Positions 14,109 through 27,862 are shown, counted from the first letter of the whole stretch. The stretch: 62,139 bases of DNA, filler included, from Basidiobolus ranarum (GCA_040143965.1; 3 parts of 3 records of this genome joined end to end with filler, not necessarily neighbours in it), one strand, 5' to 3'. The notes: generated by a model from the letters alone, not told the origin. Program-made: numbers and translations.

Positions 14109-14791
14109 AGTTACGAGTATATGATGATTCCAAAATCAAGAATAAAGTAAAAAGAAACTAAGTAATATGAGAGTGAAAGCAATAACCGGTTGCTTCGAGC
14201 TTTCAATAAAATGAGAATATGTGGTTACAAAACAACTTACGAAATAAATGCAACAAATGTATGTACTTGCAAATGATGAGGAATACAAAACATTCCAACC
14301 AAAATATGGCCTAGTTTTTTTGTCTACTAGGACGGCTTATCACTTGGAATGTAAACAAAAACAATTAGATATAAATCACCATAATATTTTCAGCGGAAAA
14401 GCTTACCTCCAATAAGATTTATGAGCAGCTCACCCCCATCCCCTAGCCCCATTAAACCCGTCCACCCACAGCTAACAAATATATATTCAAACCTACTCCC
14501 GCAAAGAACTATCTATATTTGAAGTGCCTATGAGACTGAGCATTCATCCAGCTCTATTTCACATTATTTGTGGAATAATTAATAGTGAACACGTAAAAAT
14601 CAAATATATAGCTAAATTACGATGATGTCAGAGATTAGGACGGTGATTTTTGTGTTTCGTGTAGAAAAGCCACTATAGCTTGGATTCCTCCATGATTCAA
14701 TTTTTTTGCAATATTGTTAGTTTTATGAATATAGAGAGTCAGTGACTATCATTTAATTAACTCTTCCTTCACTTTCGTCACTATATACAAC

Positions 14792-15495
14792 ATGAGCCTA
14801 AGCCCTCATTCTTCTTCACCTGAGCCTAATCAACAGACAAGTAGCAGCAGTTATCAGCCTGTCAACTCACATCCTTATGTAGGCTCATCATATCAGCAAA
14901 ATTTTGACGCACCAGAGATTGCCTCGCGCTCAATGGCAGAGAGAATTGAGGAAGGCGGTACGAACGTCAATCGATTCGAAACCTCTGTTAATCTTCGTAT
15001 GGATATTGAAGCCGCCTTGGCATACGTACTTTTTTGTTTTAGCGGTATATATTACTATTCTAAATCGCATAGATGATAGCTCAACTAAAATCTGGTTTAT
15101 ACAATAGGTGTACTATTGCTAATTGTGGAGCAAAAAAACGATTACGTACGTTTCCACGCTTGGCAATCTAGTATCGCTTTTGGTGTATTATTTGTTAGTT
15201 CTCATCTTCCTTATGTCTATTAGCTTTTTTCTTTCTCATTTTCGGACTCTTTTTGTTTCTTCAGGTAATTCAATTCATAATCGGCTTTATCTCTACCATC
15301 TTGTGGTGGATTCTGATGATTAGTGAATTAGGACTTGCCGCCTTTTTAGCGTAAGTATATTCTAGAATATTTATTTGGCTGCAGAAACTAATCGCCTCTC
15401 ATAGGTATCGTGCATACGTTGATAGTGCAACTCTTGAGCGCTACTTGTTGCCATATGTTGGTACTCATGCTTCTCACTGGGTGGATAATGAATAA
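14792..15495 (+). CDS. Small UPF0132/DUF4870 (Tic20-like) membrane protein, 4 exons
   Basis: Spliced: FETSVNLRMDIEAALAYVLFCFSGVLLLIVEQKNDYVRFHAWQS...YRAYVDSATLERYLLPYVG...WVDNE*; VRFHAWQS is typical of the family. Confidence 0.75.
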
Positions 15496-17387
15496 ATTCT
15501 AAACACGATTTAAACCAAGCAAGCAAGCCGTATAAAATCATCACTAAATCACTTCTATTTATATACATAATCGGTCTAACCCTAGTCCTATTTTGGCTTC
15601 AATAGGCTTGAGATCAATAAATAGAACTACTATTACCACCACTGCATCATGTATCATCCCCAGTGAATTAAAAATACATGACCAATAGTGATTAACTATA
15701 TTAATATACATCCATTCTTTGATCATATCGATGATGGCCTTGAATAGGAGTATTAAATGAACTTTTGAAAGTAGGGACTTTCTTTATCTCGAAGGTTGAT
15801 TTGAGGGTTGATTTAATTCTATGTATCACCTTGAATGCTTCGAAAGTCGACTTAAACTATCGATGCTAGGACATTTTTTGAAATCACTTATTGTCATCAC
15901 GTAACGTAGGGTTACTGTCAATCCAGAAGAGATGGTCATGGTGTAGATAATACAGCGCAAGTCTTATTGGTCAATAGCTTGAGTATGTAAATAAAAAGTA
16001 GAGACCAATAGGGATGGAAGGGAGGACCCGAAAAGGAAGAGCAAAGTAAATATAAACAACACGTTGAGTATTCTCTTGAATTTAGCGTGGTATGTGACTT
16101 CCTTTGTATATAGATGCAAGGGTAGCTTCATCAACCAAAGTAGCTTAGTATGTTTACTTAGCGTTAGGAATCAAATAGGTGCCATTTAACCACATTCAGA
16201 GCAGTATTAGAAAATAAGTCTATGTCTATCAAAGTACTCTATGTATATACATATATGAGAAAGCCAATTGTCTGGCTTACATCGACCTTCCAATGGATAC
16301 TGTTTATTACCGATTGTAGAAATCTAGATCATGTACGATTCTTCCATGTCTTCTATGTAAGTTTGTAATGATTTTCTTTATTACGCAAAAAAATCTAGGT
16401 GATGAAGTAGCCAGAAATAGCATATTGGCTAAACCGTTCGGAAATACCGATCTCCGCTGTTTCACAGTAATTTGCTTGAATATGCGTCTTACAATATGCG
16501 TCTTATTGTGCAACAACCAGTTTCACACGTCACTTTCGTCGGCCATAAAGTAAGATATTCTGTAGAGTAACAGGTTTCGAACAGTCATGGCTCGCGTAAT
16601 TAACTGCACCATACTTGACATTCAACACACAGCAACCACAATCATGCAACAAGCCTCATCAAACACTACTCACCTCAAATCGCAATCATGGTATCTACTG
16701 AATGCTGAATATGTCGATTCTCTCCATAGAAGATGATTGGTCAATTATCAGATATGCCTTTTTGGAGGGGAAACCCAATGAGTTAAGTTTGAATCGGATC
16801 TATTTTTAACATGGTTTTTTCGTGGAAAAGGATGGTGTTCTTCTTCGCGCAGAAAGGCATAGAATAGATGGCAAATCATATATGTTTCCCGGCAAGCCAA
16901 ATCAAATAGGTTTGCTAAATGTACTTTGATTGTCTTAATTTGAGAGACAAGGATGTAGGAGCTTTCCTAATTCAAAGTGTTTTTATTATCATTTTGGATA
17001 GCGTGGACATACAAAGTATTGTTATTAATAAGATTCGTCTATTGGTACTGATGTTGTTTTCATTCTTCTGGATCTGGATAATAGAATTAATCCTACTTTT
17101 CTTTTTATTTATGCTACGAGCTGTGACTTATCTTGTCAATTATATTTAAGATCTCCTCTGGGCTCTTCTAATTTACTGGCCAAATACCTCACTGAAGTTT
17201 CATTCTGTCACCTCTCGCCTATACCCTTTTGTTCTATAGTCTCTCCGCCCTACATTAGACATTCCCGCGCGGGAACTCGCATTTAATTTCAATTCTTATT
17301 TATTCATCTTTAGTGATTTGGGTATCAGTATCAGTGTTACACCAGTGTTAAGCCAGTATCACTCCAGTATCAATTATATTCTAAAAT

Positions 17388-20300
17388 ATGGCTTTTCAAT
17401 CCAGTAACGTGGGTGACAATGGTGATGGCTTCGTTGAACTAGATAATCTTGACCGATCTAATACCAGCAGCGATTTCGCTAGACCAAATCCTCAATATTT
17501 TTATAGACAACAGGCTCCTCAAAACACCCCCAACGGTCCTCCACCCAACACCTTCCCAGATTTTAGTGCGAATTTAACTGAGAATGAGAGGGCTAATTCT
17601 CAAGATATGAGCTACCCAACACGTTACAATGTTGATTCAGAGAGTGATTCGACCTGTAGTGAGAGTATTCATGCTCCTCGCATCAGATCACCATATATGG
17701 CCCCGGGGGTCGATATGAATAATCTTTTCGCCTCCATGATGCAAGGTCATTTTGACAACAGTCGTTATGCTAATTTCGCAACATCAAGCGAGTCATTGGT
17801 CGCACTGTTGGAGAACAAAAACACTGCAAATAGCTGCGCATCATCTCGGACTAATTCCTGGGTTTCCAACAATTACCCGCCCGTTCTTGACAGCAATGGT
17901 CAACCTCTCAGTCAAATGTCAAAGAAGGAAAACCCCTGGCCAACTTGGAAGGATGGCGAAGTCCCTGTAACAAGAACAGAGGTAGCTGACATATTTGAAG
18001 ATTTACAGCGTCGATTTGGCTTTCAAAAAGATAACATGCGGAATATGTATGATGCCTTTATGACTATGCTTGACTCGAGAGCATCCAGAATGACGACAAA
18101 CCAAGCCCTCGTTACCCTCCATGCTGACTATATCGGAGGAGAGAATGCCAACTATAAAAAATGGTTTTTCTGCGCACACTTGGATAAAGATGACCCAGAG
18201 TACTTCCAAGCCAGAGGCTCTGCTCGTAATAATACCGCTACGGACAAAGACATCGAGTCTCAAGACTCTCCTGAGACATCCCAAACTCTTTGGTTCAATC
18301 GTATGGCTCAAATGTCTCCTTATGACCGCGTTCGTCAAGTGGCTCTATATCTTATGATTTGGGGAGAAGCATGCGTCATTCGGTTTACCCCGGAGGTTCT
18401 TTGCTTCGTTTTCAAACTCGCCTGGGATTATTATACTAGCCCTGTATGCCAGGCATTATCGGAGCCTGCTGTTGAGGGCGCATATCTCGAGAGTGTCATT
18501 CGCCCTCTTTATGATTTTATTCGTGACCAACAGTATGAAGTTGCGGATGGAAAGTATGTGCGCAAGGAGAAAGATCATCAAGATATCATTGGTTATGATG
18601 ACGTCAACGAGCTCTTTTGGTCTCCCAAGGGTATTGAACGTATTGTATTGCAGGATCGGGTGACTAAACTTATGGAGCACCCTCCAGCTGTAAGATACCA
18701 CAAAATTGCTCAAGTTCATTGGAAATCTGCTTTCGAGAAAACATATAAGGAGCGCCGATCATGGCTTCACCTTGTTCTTAATTTCTCCAGGATCTGGATC
18801 ATCCATATTGTCGGTTTCTATTACTATACCGCAGCCAATGCGACATACTTTTACACTTTAAGTAGTGAAACATCGACTCCTCTGGCTGCTAGATTTGCTG
18901 TATTAGGCTTGGGTGGTGTATTATCCGCGTTAATCATGATGTTCAGTACAATCCTAGAGTTTGTGTTTCTTCCTACATCATGGGTGAATTCCAGCATTAT
19001 CATGAAGCGCCTCGTCTATTTGTTGATATGCCTGATCATTAATATTGCGCCGGCAATATACGTTCTTCTGGCCGACCGTAGTTCCCAAGTTGCCCTTATT
19101 GTTTCGAGTGTGAATCTTGGTATTTCCATTGTTACGACCCTTGTTTTCGCTATTGTTCCGAGTGGAAAGTTGTTTAGAATGCTTAGTGATAATACGACCG
19201 GAACCTCTAAGAACCTTACCAACCGCACATTTACGAGTAATTTCCCAACAATGCCGTCTCGTGATCGATTGGTATCATTCTCGTTATGGTTCTGTATCTT
19301 TGCATGTAAATTTGCCGAGAGTTACTTTTTCCTGGCTTTGTCATTCACCAGCTCTTTGCGGACTACATACGCTGCTCGCGATCAGTGTAGTAGCAACATT
19401 ACGCCTGCCTTCTGCTACATCATGATTTATATCGCCATGATATTGATGTTAACGCTTGACTTGGTTCTATTCTTCCTGGATACGTATCTGTGGTACACGG
19501 TGTGGAGCACTGCGTTCAGTGTAGTTCATTCATTCTACCTTGGTGACTCGTTCTGGTCTAATTGGAGAACTATCTTTGGACGTCTCTCCAATCACATATT
19601 TACTCAATTGCTTGCAACCAACGTCATGGATGTCAAATACAAACCCAAAATTCTGTGCTCACAAATATGGAATGCATTTGTGATTTCGATGTACCGGGAT
19701 CATCTTCTTTCACTTGACAATTTACAATCTCTGCTGTACCAACAAATACCTGGTGAAGAAGGACAACCCACCCTCCAGACTCCAGCTCTTCTTGACCCCA
19801 AGCTTCCATTAAATGTTTGCTTTCCCAAGGGTAGCGAAGCTGAACGTCGTATTACCTTTTTCACTCAGAGTTTGTCAATGCCCATGCCAAAACCTGTTCC
19901 TGTAGATCGTATGCCTACATTCACCGTGTTCACCCCGCATTATGCCGAAAAGATCCTTCTTTCTCTGCGTGAGATCATTAGAGAAGATGATCAATATACG
20001 CATGTTACCTTATTAGAGTACTTGAAGAAGCTTCATCCTGTAGAGTGGGATAATTTCGTTAAAGATACCAAAATATTGGCTGAAGAAAACTCGATGTTCT
20101 TAAATCCTCATGAGAATCTATACTCCGAATCAGCCAAGCCTGAAGCAAAGGAAGTGACGGATGACTTACCCTTCTACTGTATCGGATTCAAATCTGCATC
20201 ACCAGAATTCACTTTGAGAACCAGAATCTGGTCTTCTCTTCGTTCCCAAACCCTTTACAGAACCATCTCCGGATTCATGAACTACTCTAAAGCTTTAAAA

Positions 20301-20711
20301 CTTCTATATCGAGTTGAGAATCCCGAAATGGCTCAACAGTTTGGTGGGTTCAATGAAGGATTGGATAATGCAATTGATGACATGGCTCGTAGAAAATTCA
20401 AGTTTGTTGTCAGTATGCAACGCTTCACCAAATTCTCTAAAGAAGAACGTGAGAATGTTGATTTCCTGTTCAATACCTATCCTGAATTACAGGTTGCTTA
20501 CTTGGATGAGGTGCCTTCTCGTATAGAAGGTGAATCACCTCGAGTATACAGTTGCTTGATCGACGGATTTTGTGAGATTGGTCCTGATGGAAAACGCAAA
20601 CCTAAATATCGCATTTTACTCCCTGGCAATCCTATTCTAGGTGATGGCAAATCCGACAATCAAAATCACTCAATCATCTTCACTAGAGGCGAATATCTTC
20701 AACTCATCGAT
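17388..20711 (+). CDS. FKS1: 1,3-beta-glucan synthase catalytic subunit (GT48), 3'-truncated by contig end
   Basis: Intronless ORF of about 1108 codons with FGFQKDNMRN, LDSRASRM, YDDVNE, EAERRITFF, PTFTVFTPHY, LRTRIWSSLRSQTLYRT, GNPILGDGKSDNQNH, RGEYLQLID; runs into Ns. Confidence 0.96.
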
Positions 20712-20811
20712 NNNNNNNNNNNNNNNNNNNNNNNNNNNNNNNNNNNNNNNNNNNNTTAATTAATTAANNNNNNNNNNNNNNNNNNNNNNNNNNNNNNNNN
20801 NNNNNNNNNNN
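20712..20811. other. Artificial contig linker (N44-TTAATTAATTAA-N44)
   Basis: 100-nt spacer with an all-frame stop cassette; FKS is cut mid-gene and does not resume after it. Confidence 0.97.
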
Positions 20812-21764
20812 TTTACTCACTTCACTTGAACGGAGATTTCCCTTACACCCAATAGCTACAATAAGATGAATTAAGTATTGCGCAACATATTCTGTCGAAT
20901 GGACATGAATAGGGTACTCTACTAATAATAAAGTGGTTTCTGAGGACCATTTAAAGCGTACTTTTTCTCGAAACTTTGTGAGTATCATTTACGAATTCAG
21001 CACATATTTAAAGAGAAATCTTAAAGTTCAACATTTGCCTACTCCCCTTAGAGTTTTAGGTTGTAACACATTTCCTCATTACTGAAAAGGGGAAATGCTG
21101 CTTTAACAGTAACTCTGAAGAACTATTAAATTCAAGTTTTAAACGGGATAGCCCTTCAATATATGTTACTGTAGCTATTGATGGCTATATGTTTCGAGTG
21201 TACTCGAGAATAATTCAGCAGATCTTGAAGGCAAATCTGGAGTATCTCCTGCATCCAGTATTTAAGCCTGATGTTCTACATATACATGGTCACTAACTAA
21301 GTGAGCACTTGTCATTCCAAACCCGAGTTGACAGGTATGTATTGTCGTGCTAATGATGACACCTACCATAAGTGATTCCTCTGACTTCATCAAGTTTCAA
21401 GCATCAATGAATATGCTGTAGAATATTGCAGAATGCAACATCTCTTAACCTGTTAAATGACAAGAGATGTATGTAGTTTATTGCTTGATGATACAACTTG
21501 GATCACTAGTGACGATTATGCGAACACGCAAGATATGTTTTGAAGTTTCTCTAACAAAATCATGTACGATATGGTAAGGTATTCCAATATTTATTTCTCA
21601 ATGCATCCCTAATCAACACGAACTGCAGTAGTTGATACCGCGTATCATTAGAAAACAATAATATGCTTCTACTCAATACTGAGTATAAAATACCTTAATA
21701 TAGCCCATTTGGTTTTCATTTTGTGACCGTGTAAGCTAGCGTAATATCATCTCGGCAACTACAT

Positions 21765-23297
21765 ATGTCTGAACTTTATACACCCATATCAGAAGTCGCT
21801 GGTACGTGCTATATGCTCTGCTAATTGCTTTGTATATCTTGACTAATAGAGAATCTATGGAATAAGGAGATCGCGCCAATTATGGGACCATAGAGCGTGA
21901 CTCTGAAAGTGTACTGAGAAAATCAGGGAAAACTGGTATGTTCTCTTAATTGCTGGAGTATACTGAGTGAGTTGAAATTTACTACTTTGAATAGTGTGGA
22001 ACTCTTTCAACCTAAAACAACCGACAATTTCTAAGTTATATACATCATTTGTATTCGGTTTCTTGTTACTTTGGGCAATTTACAAGGTACATCTATTCTA
22101 CTTTCTTGATTTTGCTAATCATACGAAAACTCATTTTTTCATAACAACTCAGTGTAGCGTTTATACGCCACATGGCTCATCTAACGAAAAAGATACAGCC
22201 CCTAATAGTCCACTGGATGGTGAATCCAACTTCATAGTAGACCTCACCACATACCAAACGCTCTTTATCATTGTTAATACTACCGCTGCAGTAAGTTTTA
22301 TCAATTATACCAATAGAAAAACGCTTGATTCTTTAGTTCCAATTATACTAACAATTAGCATCACTTTTGTCTCTTATGCAACTAGATAGCAGATGTTGAA
22401 ATCATTGCAAATAGAAACCGTGATACCAAGTTTGCTCACATCGCCTCTGATATTTTTCCACAGGATCTTTATGATAACCAAGTATACTTCCAAGAGACTA
22501 GAGAAGAAGATCGTTACTTTCTTGTACTAAATGTAAGTGAGTTCGAGATATTTCACTCTCATACTTCATGTACTAATGAACTCTATTAGACTAGAAACAC
22601 CAACCTCCGTGCCAACGTTACCATTCGAATCTATCTTCCCTCCAAGCAGCCTAGTTTGAAAAATCTAAATATCATTTTACCTGTTGGAAAAGTTAATGGT
22701 TCTACTTTGACTCATTCCCACTTTGACAATCTTAATGTGAAAGTGGATACAGGAGTGATCGCTTTTGAGGTATCAGAGTCTTCTTATTTCGTATGTTCAG
22801 CCTACCACGTATCTTGTATGTAAGGAGTAACATAGTGATTCGTATTAGGATGTTCGCAGCTCAAATATCACTTTGCAAACATCTGTTGGTGATATCTCAG
22901 GAACATACAGTTTCTCTCAAGCATATAGTGCCCTATCGAGTCAGGGAAATGTGGATTGCCGCTTAAGAGTAGCACCACGTTCAATCCCTGATATCTCCGT
23001 TGGTACTTCAGTGGGAAATGTCACCGCTCGCGTGGTTAGTTTTCTATTTGATATGGATGTATACATAATGCATATCATGGCACTAACATATCGATCTAGA
23101 CTGATACTTTTCGCGGATCCTTCAGTTTATTTGCGAAACATGGACGTACCTATATCTCGGGTATTCGACATATGGATTATTCCACCAACACTACTTCAGC
23201 CAAAAATGGATTTTTTCATGGTGAAAAGGCCAACTCCAATATCTCACTGTACACAAATCAAGGTAGAATCGTTTTGGCATTCAGACGACGTATATAA
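21765..23297 (+). CDS. Type II membrane protein with DUF4097/putative-adhesin-like beta-repeat ectodomain, about 8 exons
   Basis: GT-AG splicing gives MSELYTPISEV...TM (YTSFVFGFLLLWAIY)...ANVTIRIYLP...LNVKVDTGVIAF...ITLQTSVGDISG...VGTSVGNVT...ISLYTNQGRIVL...*; repeated h-x-T-x-x-G-x-h units; TATAAAA near 21684. Confidence 0.6.
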
Positions 23298-23897
23298 TGT
23301 CTGTTCAAGAAAAAGATTGAACTTGGCCTCCAAGTTACTCATTCAAATACCAAATAACCAACATATATGTATTTGATTCATTTTTTCAATGTATCTTCTA
23401 AAAATCGATTACTTGTCTTACCTTCTTACACGTCAAGCCCCATACACATTCTAACATTATACGGGAATCGTGTTTCGCGTCTAGAATTTTATGAATGCCA
23501 AATGGGCAAGGAGCTATATTCTGTATTAATTACAGGGTGCAAAATAAACAGGTAGTCAATTGTATAAATAGGACTAAATAAAAGTAGGGAACCCACAGGT
23601 AGAAAAGAAATCCTGAACGTCTATACATCATAAGAAGAAAGACTATGAGAATAAATGGCAACAAAGGCTAGTATTATTACATCTATATGCAGGGGCATTC
23701 ATTTTCTTGTCGTTCACTTCAAGTTCCCATGGAATTCAAGCTTGGTGTCTAGATTGGCATTTGCAATCATTATAATCTTGAATGAACCGATATGTAGAGT
23801 GATCCGTCGATAAAGAGGGGAAAATAAACGGACTGAAATCGCATATGTATTAAATTATTAATCACTTTGTATGAACCCTTGGGATGAAATTTCCTTT

Positions 23898-25393
23898 CTA
23901 AATAAACATGAATTCCTTGATATTGGTAAACACATCTAACGACGTGTTTGTTTCATCAGTGTGGCGTTGCGATTTTCTTAAGCGGCTGTGATATTTTCGT
24001 TTCCGGAATGCGAGATATTTGTTAAGCTCCGAGTGATAGGTTGCAGCAGGTGAGGAAGAAGAATACCGGCTTACTCGAAGTAATCCGAATACAAATTTCA
24101 GGAGAACTCCGCATAGAGCCGCCATATCAAAGAATAGCCTACCAAGAACCTCTGGCAACTCGCAAAGTGCAGATTCCCAAGACAACATATTGGTGAATAA
24201 ACGAAATATATCTCGATCGAACCTTTTATTTCGTAGGAACCGTTTACGTGGCGGAGGAAGTTCAAGAACTTCTTCTTCCGAGTACTCTGCTTCGGAGGAA
24301 TATGTTTCGTAATGTGTTTTTCTTCTATCCACCCAGGTTTCACATTTATCTCTGAACAAGTTTTCTTCTTCATCTTCTTCACTGAAAATTGAATCACAAC
24401 TGCTTACACTATAAGATTGACACTCGGAATATCTTCGATCGATAGTATATGGAAGGTCTGTCTGTGTACTCTGGTCACGATATCTGCTTGTAAATACGGG
24501 TGATGACATGGCTAGCGGTATCTCCATTTGTCGAGAGTTACTGTTCAACAAACATGAGCATTTACGACTTAATGGACGAGATGGTCCAGGTGAGGGAGAT
24601 GATGAAGGCGAAAACATTGTGCTTATACGAGAGCGCTCTAAGCCAGGTTCTAAAGCAGTTTGAGCTTGATCAATTAGGCTCATTAGAACTTCACTAATCC
24701 GCTCATAACGTTGGTTGACCTCGTCTTCAGTCTCTGATAGTGCATCCTTTGGGATTTCCGAATGCTATTTAGAATTGTATGGTTGTTAAAATCAGGGATA
24801 TTGAAAGCTTAGTAATAATAATAATAATTTAAATAGTTATTAACAACCTGGTGATTTTGTAAATTGTGCTCGTGTGTACTAAATTGTAAGTAAAAGATGA
24901 AAGTTATTATAAAATTCATTATCGAATTTACTATTAGACGCTTCTTACATAGAAATGGTAGGAACATGGGGGCCATGCAAGCTATAGACATTCCAATGAG
25001 AATTCAACAAAAGTGTTACTTGTGAGAAAAAGATTATAGGTAGATATAAATACAAACTTTCGAAGTCTTTCGTGCATATTGTCGATGGCTTGCTGTTGCT
25101 GAAGCAGCTGCAACTGTAAATGTTGAATAATGGTGGTCATGGAAGAGATCTATAGTGTATATTATTCGAATAAAGTGAGGAAAAGAAGCAAACAAGTAAA
25201 AAAATTCAACTTGGTGAATTACCTTATTGCAAACAAAATCTACGGAATTAAAATGCAAAGAAGGGCTATTAACAGGTGTGTAATTCGGAGTGGTATTGAT
25301 AGGTTTGGGGTTAGAAGTGCTTCTAGGAGAGCCAAAAATACTGGAAAATAAAGTAGATTTATTAGGCTGTGGTGACCCGGTTAACTCAAACAT
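23898..25393 (-). CDS. Hypothetical protein (coiled coil, Ser-rich, hydrophobic segment near C-terminus), 5 exons
   Basis: In-frame GT-AG chain MFELTGSP...VCNK|ISSMTTIIQHLQLQLL...|...|THEHNLQNHQ|HSEIP...YERISEVLMSLIDQAQTALE joins the 261-aa ORF; no family recognised. Confidence 0.55.
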
Positions 25394-26676
25394 ATGCACA
25401 AGTGAAGTAGAGGCCAACGTGCTAGAAGGGTGTTTTATGCTAGACGAGCTAGAGTTAAGCAAAGGGTCGGTCGTTCGATTTGTTTGCACGGATATTGAAT
25501 AAATTATTATAAAAATAAGACAATTCAACACCAATCAAATCTAGAATAGAGGGGCCGAAGTGTGCAACGGTACAGGTGATATTACAAAATATTGAGGGGA
25601 GCTAAGATTAAGTTGAAACAAAAGAGAAAAACGCAAGCAGAGGCAGAGTTAACGTATCCTCAAGCAAAAGTCTTGAGTTCAATATATTAATTTTGCTGAT
25701 ATGTGCTATTCCTACAACATAGAATTTCCCCTAAACCACAAACGCAAAGCCCAAGTTTAATGTTCTACATATTGATTCCACCTTAACATCGATTAGAAAC
25801 TCTATTCAGTTGGAAAATTTAACGAATTTATTTGAGAATTAAGGGCAAAAAGCATGGATTTAGCCAGTGTGATAGAGCCTGAGCATTTTCCATGTATCTA
25901 AATGCTCTCATCAAATACGAAATGGTAGCTGTAGCCAAGCCAGTCAAGATAGAACCAGAAGGTTTAGCCACAATTGCTTGAAAGCGATTTGAGTGTGTAA
26001 TCCTGTATATTCTAGCCATAGCTTGTGGCAGGTGACCGATTTTCTGTCACACCGAGCCGAAGTCCGTAGATGCTTATACAAACAACGAGCCACTTCTCAC
26101 TCTGACAAGTTCGCTGGTCAGTTTCACCTACAGTGTTGACTATCTCACAATCGCTGATGAATATTCAAGTTTATGTAGTGTTTCAGAAGTCATTGACCAG
26201 CCATTTGCCAAATTATCTCGATACGTCCAATGATTACTGGTTTCTAAATCAACATTAATTATTAACTGAATTGAGATGAGAGTCAGCTAAGCCTGATCCA
26301 ACCGAAGTGATTGCTGTGGTTACACTGCATCAGTGCTGAGTATAGGTCGAGATTAATTGACAAGATTCGAACAATGGCTCGTACTATCCTTACACTATTT
26401 GGATGCTCTTCCCCAAACAATTTACTGAGCATACATAAACATATATCACATGGAGTCTTCACATGGAAGGGCATCGATTTCTTAGCAGACAAACCATTAA
26501 ATGGCCTCTGAACTATGTATGCGCTTATCCACGAGCTTTTGACAAGTAAATGCAGGTCCAACATAAGGGCTGCGACTTACAACGAGCCCAATCAATCAAA
26601 TTCAAAACGTGCATGTAATACATACACAGCCTGTTTATAGACATTTCTAAGCAATCGCTTTATTCAACTACTGACA

Positions 26677-27862
26677 CTAGTGAGATGGCTTTTGAGGAAT
26701 ATCAGCACAACTAAGATTGTCTCTCAAAGCGCGGAGATTTTCATCTGCTTCAAAAATATCGATTCCATCATTCGAAGAATGGTCAACCATATCAAATGGT
26801 AAGTTAGGCGATGATTCGCTTAATGAGGGTCTATACGGATGGTCTTCTATAAGTACTTCGTCTGAATTGACTGAATCAATATTCTCACTATGTGTTTCAT
26901 TATCGTTGGCTAACGTTGGGTTTTCCATCTTTATCGATCCCGATTCTTTAAGGACTGCAAGAAACTCTTTCCGTAAAAGGTACTCTTCGTGACGGCTTTT
27001 TTGGAGTTCTTCGACAATATCTCTGTATATCAAGTTTTGAAATTCTAATTGGCTACGTAACAACTCAATTAACTTATGTGAAAGGTCACCTCCTTCATGG
27101 CTGTCGGTGGAAATAAATGTTCTTTCATCGTTTTTAGAAGTTGGCTTGTGTAGAGGAAATGAGTCTTTCGGATCTATAGTCTGGCGCTTGTTATTGGAAA
27201 CTTCTTCAATATTAGATACATCTTCAGAGGAGTCGTCATCGTTTGATTCGTTTGTATCTGGGCTATCAGGTAATACTTTTCTTGTATAGGATTTGCTTCG
27301 TCCGGTAGATTCTTGAAGGCTAAATATCTTGCTTAGCTTATCGTGAAAAGGGAGTGACTCTTCGTCTCCTGATTCTTTTGCTTTCTATAAATAAGTGAAA
27401 ATGATGATTCTTATGAGTGTTAAGTTCACTAGAAGAATACATTAGCTTAGATTATAACCTCATAAGTGGATCGCAATCTTCTCCATTTACTGCTACATTG
27501 GGACGCTAACCTAGTGAAGCCACCCTCTTGAAGTGATTGAGAAATGTCTTGCCATAATTGACTATCGGTACGGTTATCGCTTGAATCTTTTAAACGATCT
27601 TCATAGCAATTCAGTAAAATTTTGAGTTCTTGGTCCCCCCAGGTAGGTCTATGTGAGAAATTTGGGAAACTTTGTTACAATTCAATATTCCAATTACATC
27701 TAGATTGAATACTAACCGATGATACAGCCGAGAATCCCGAGATGGAAATACTCTGTTTCCTTTAAAAACTAGCCCTGGGACTAATAGTCTCGATGGTACC
27801 GTTAAAGAACGCAACATTAATCGTTTTTGGATGTTAGAAAGTGACAATGCCTTCTTGTTCAT
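26677..27862 (-). CDS. Trihelix / Myb-SANT-like DNA-binding protein, 3 exons
   Basis: Spliced: ...RPTWGDQELKILLNCYEDRLK...LWQDISQSLQEGGFTRLASQCSSKWRRLRSTYE|KAK...LPFHDKLSKIF, matching the W..W..QCxxKW..PF pattern of GT-1-like trihelix domains; coiled coil near the C-terminus. Confidence 0.78.
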
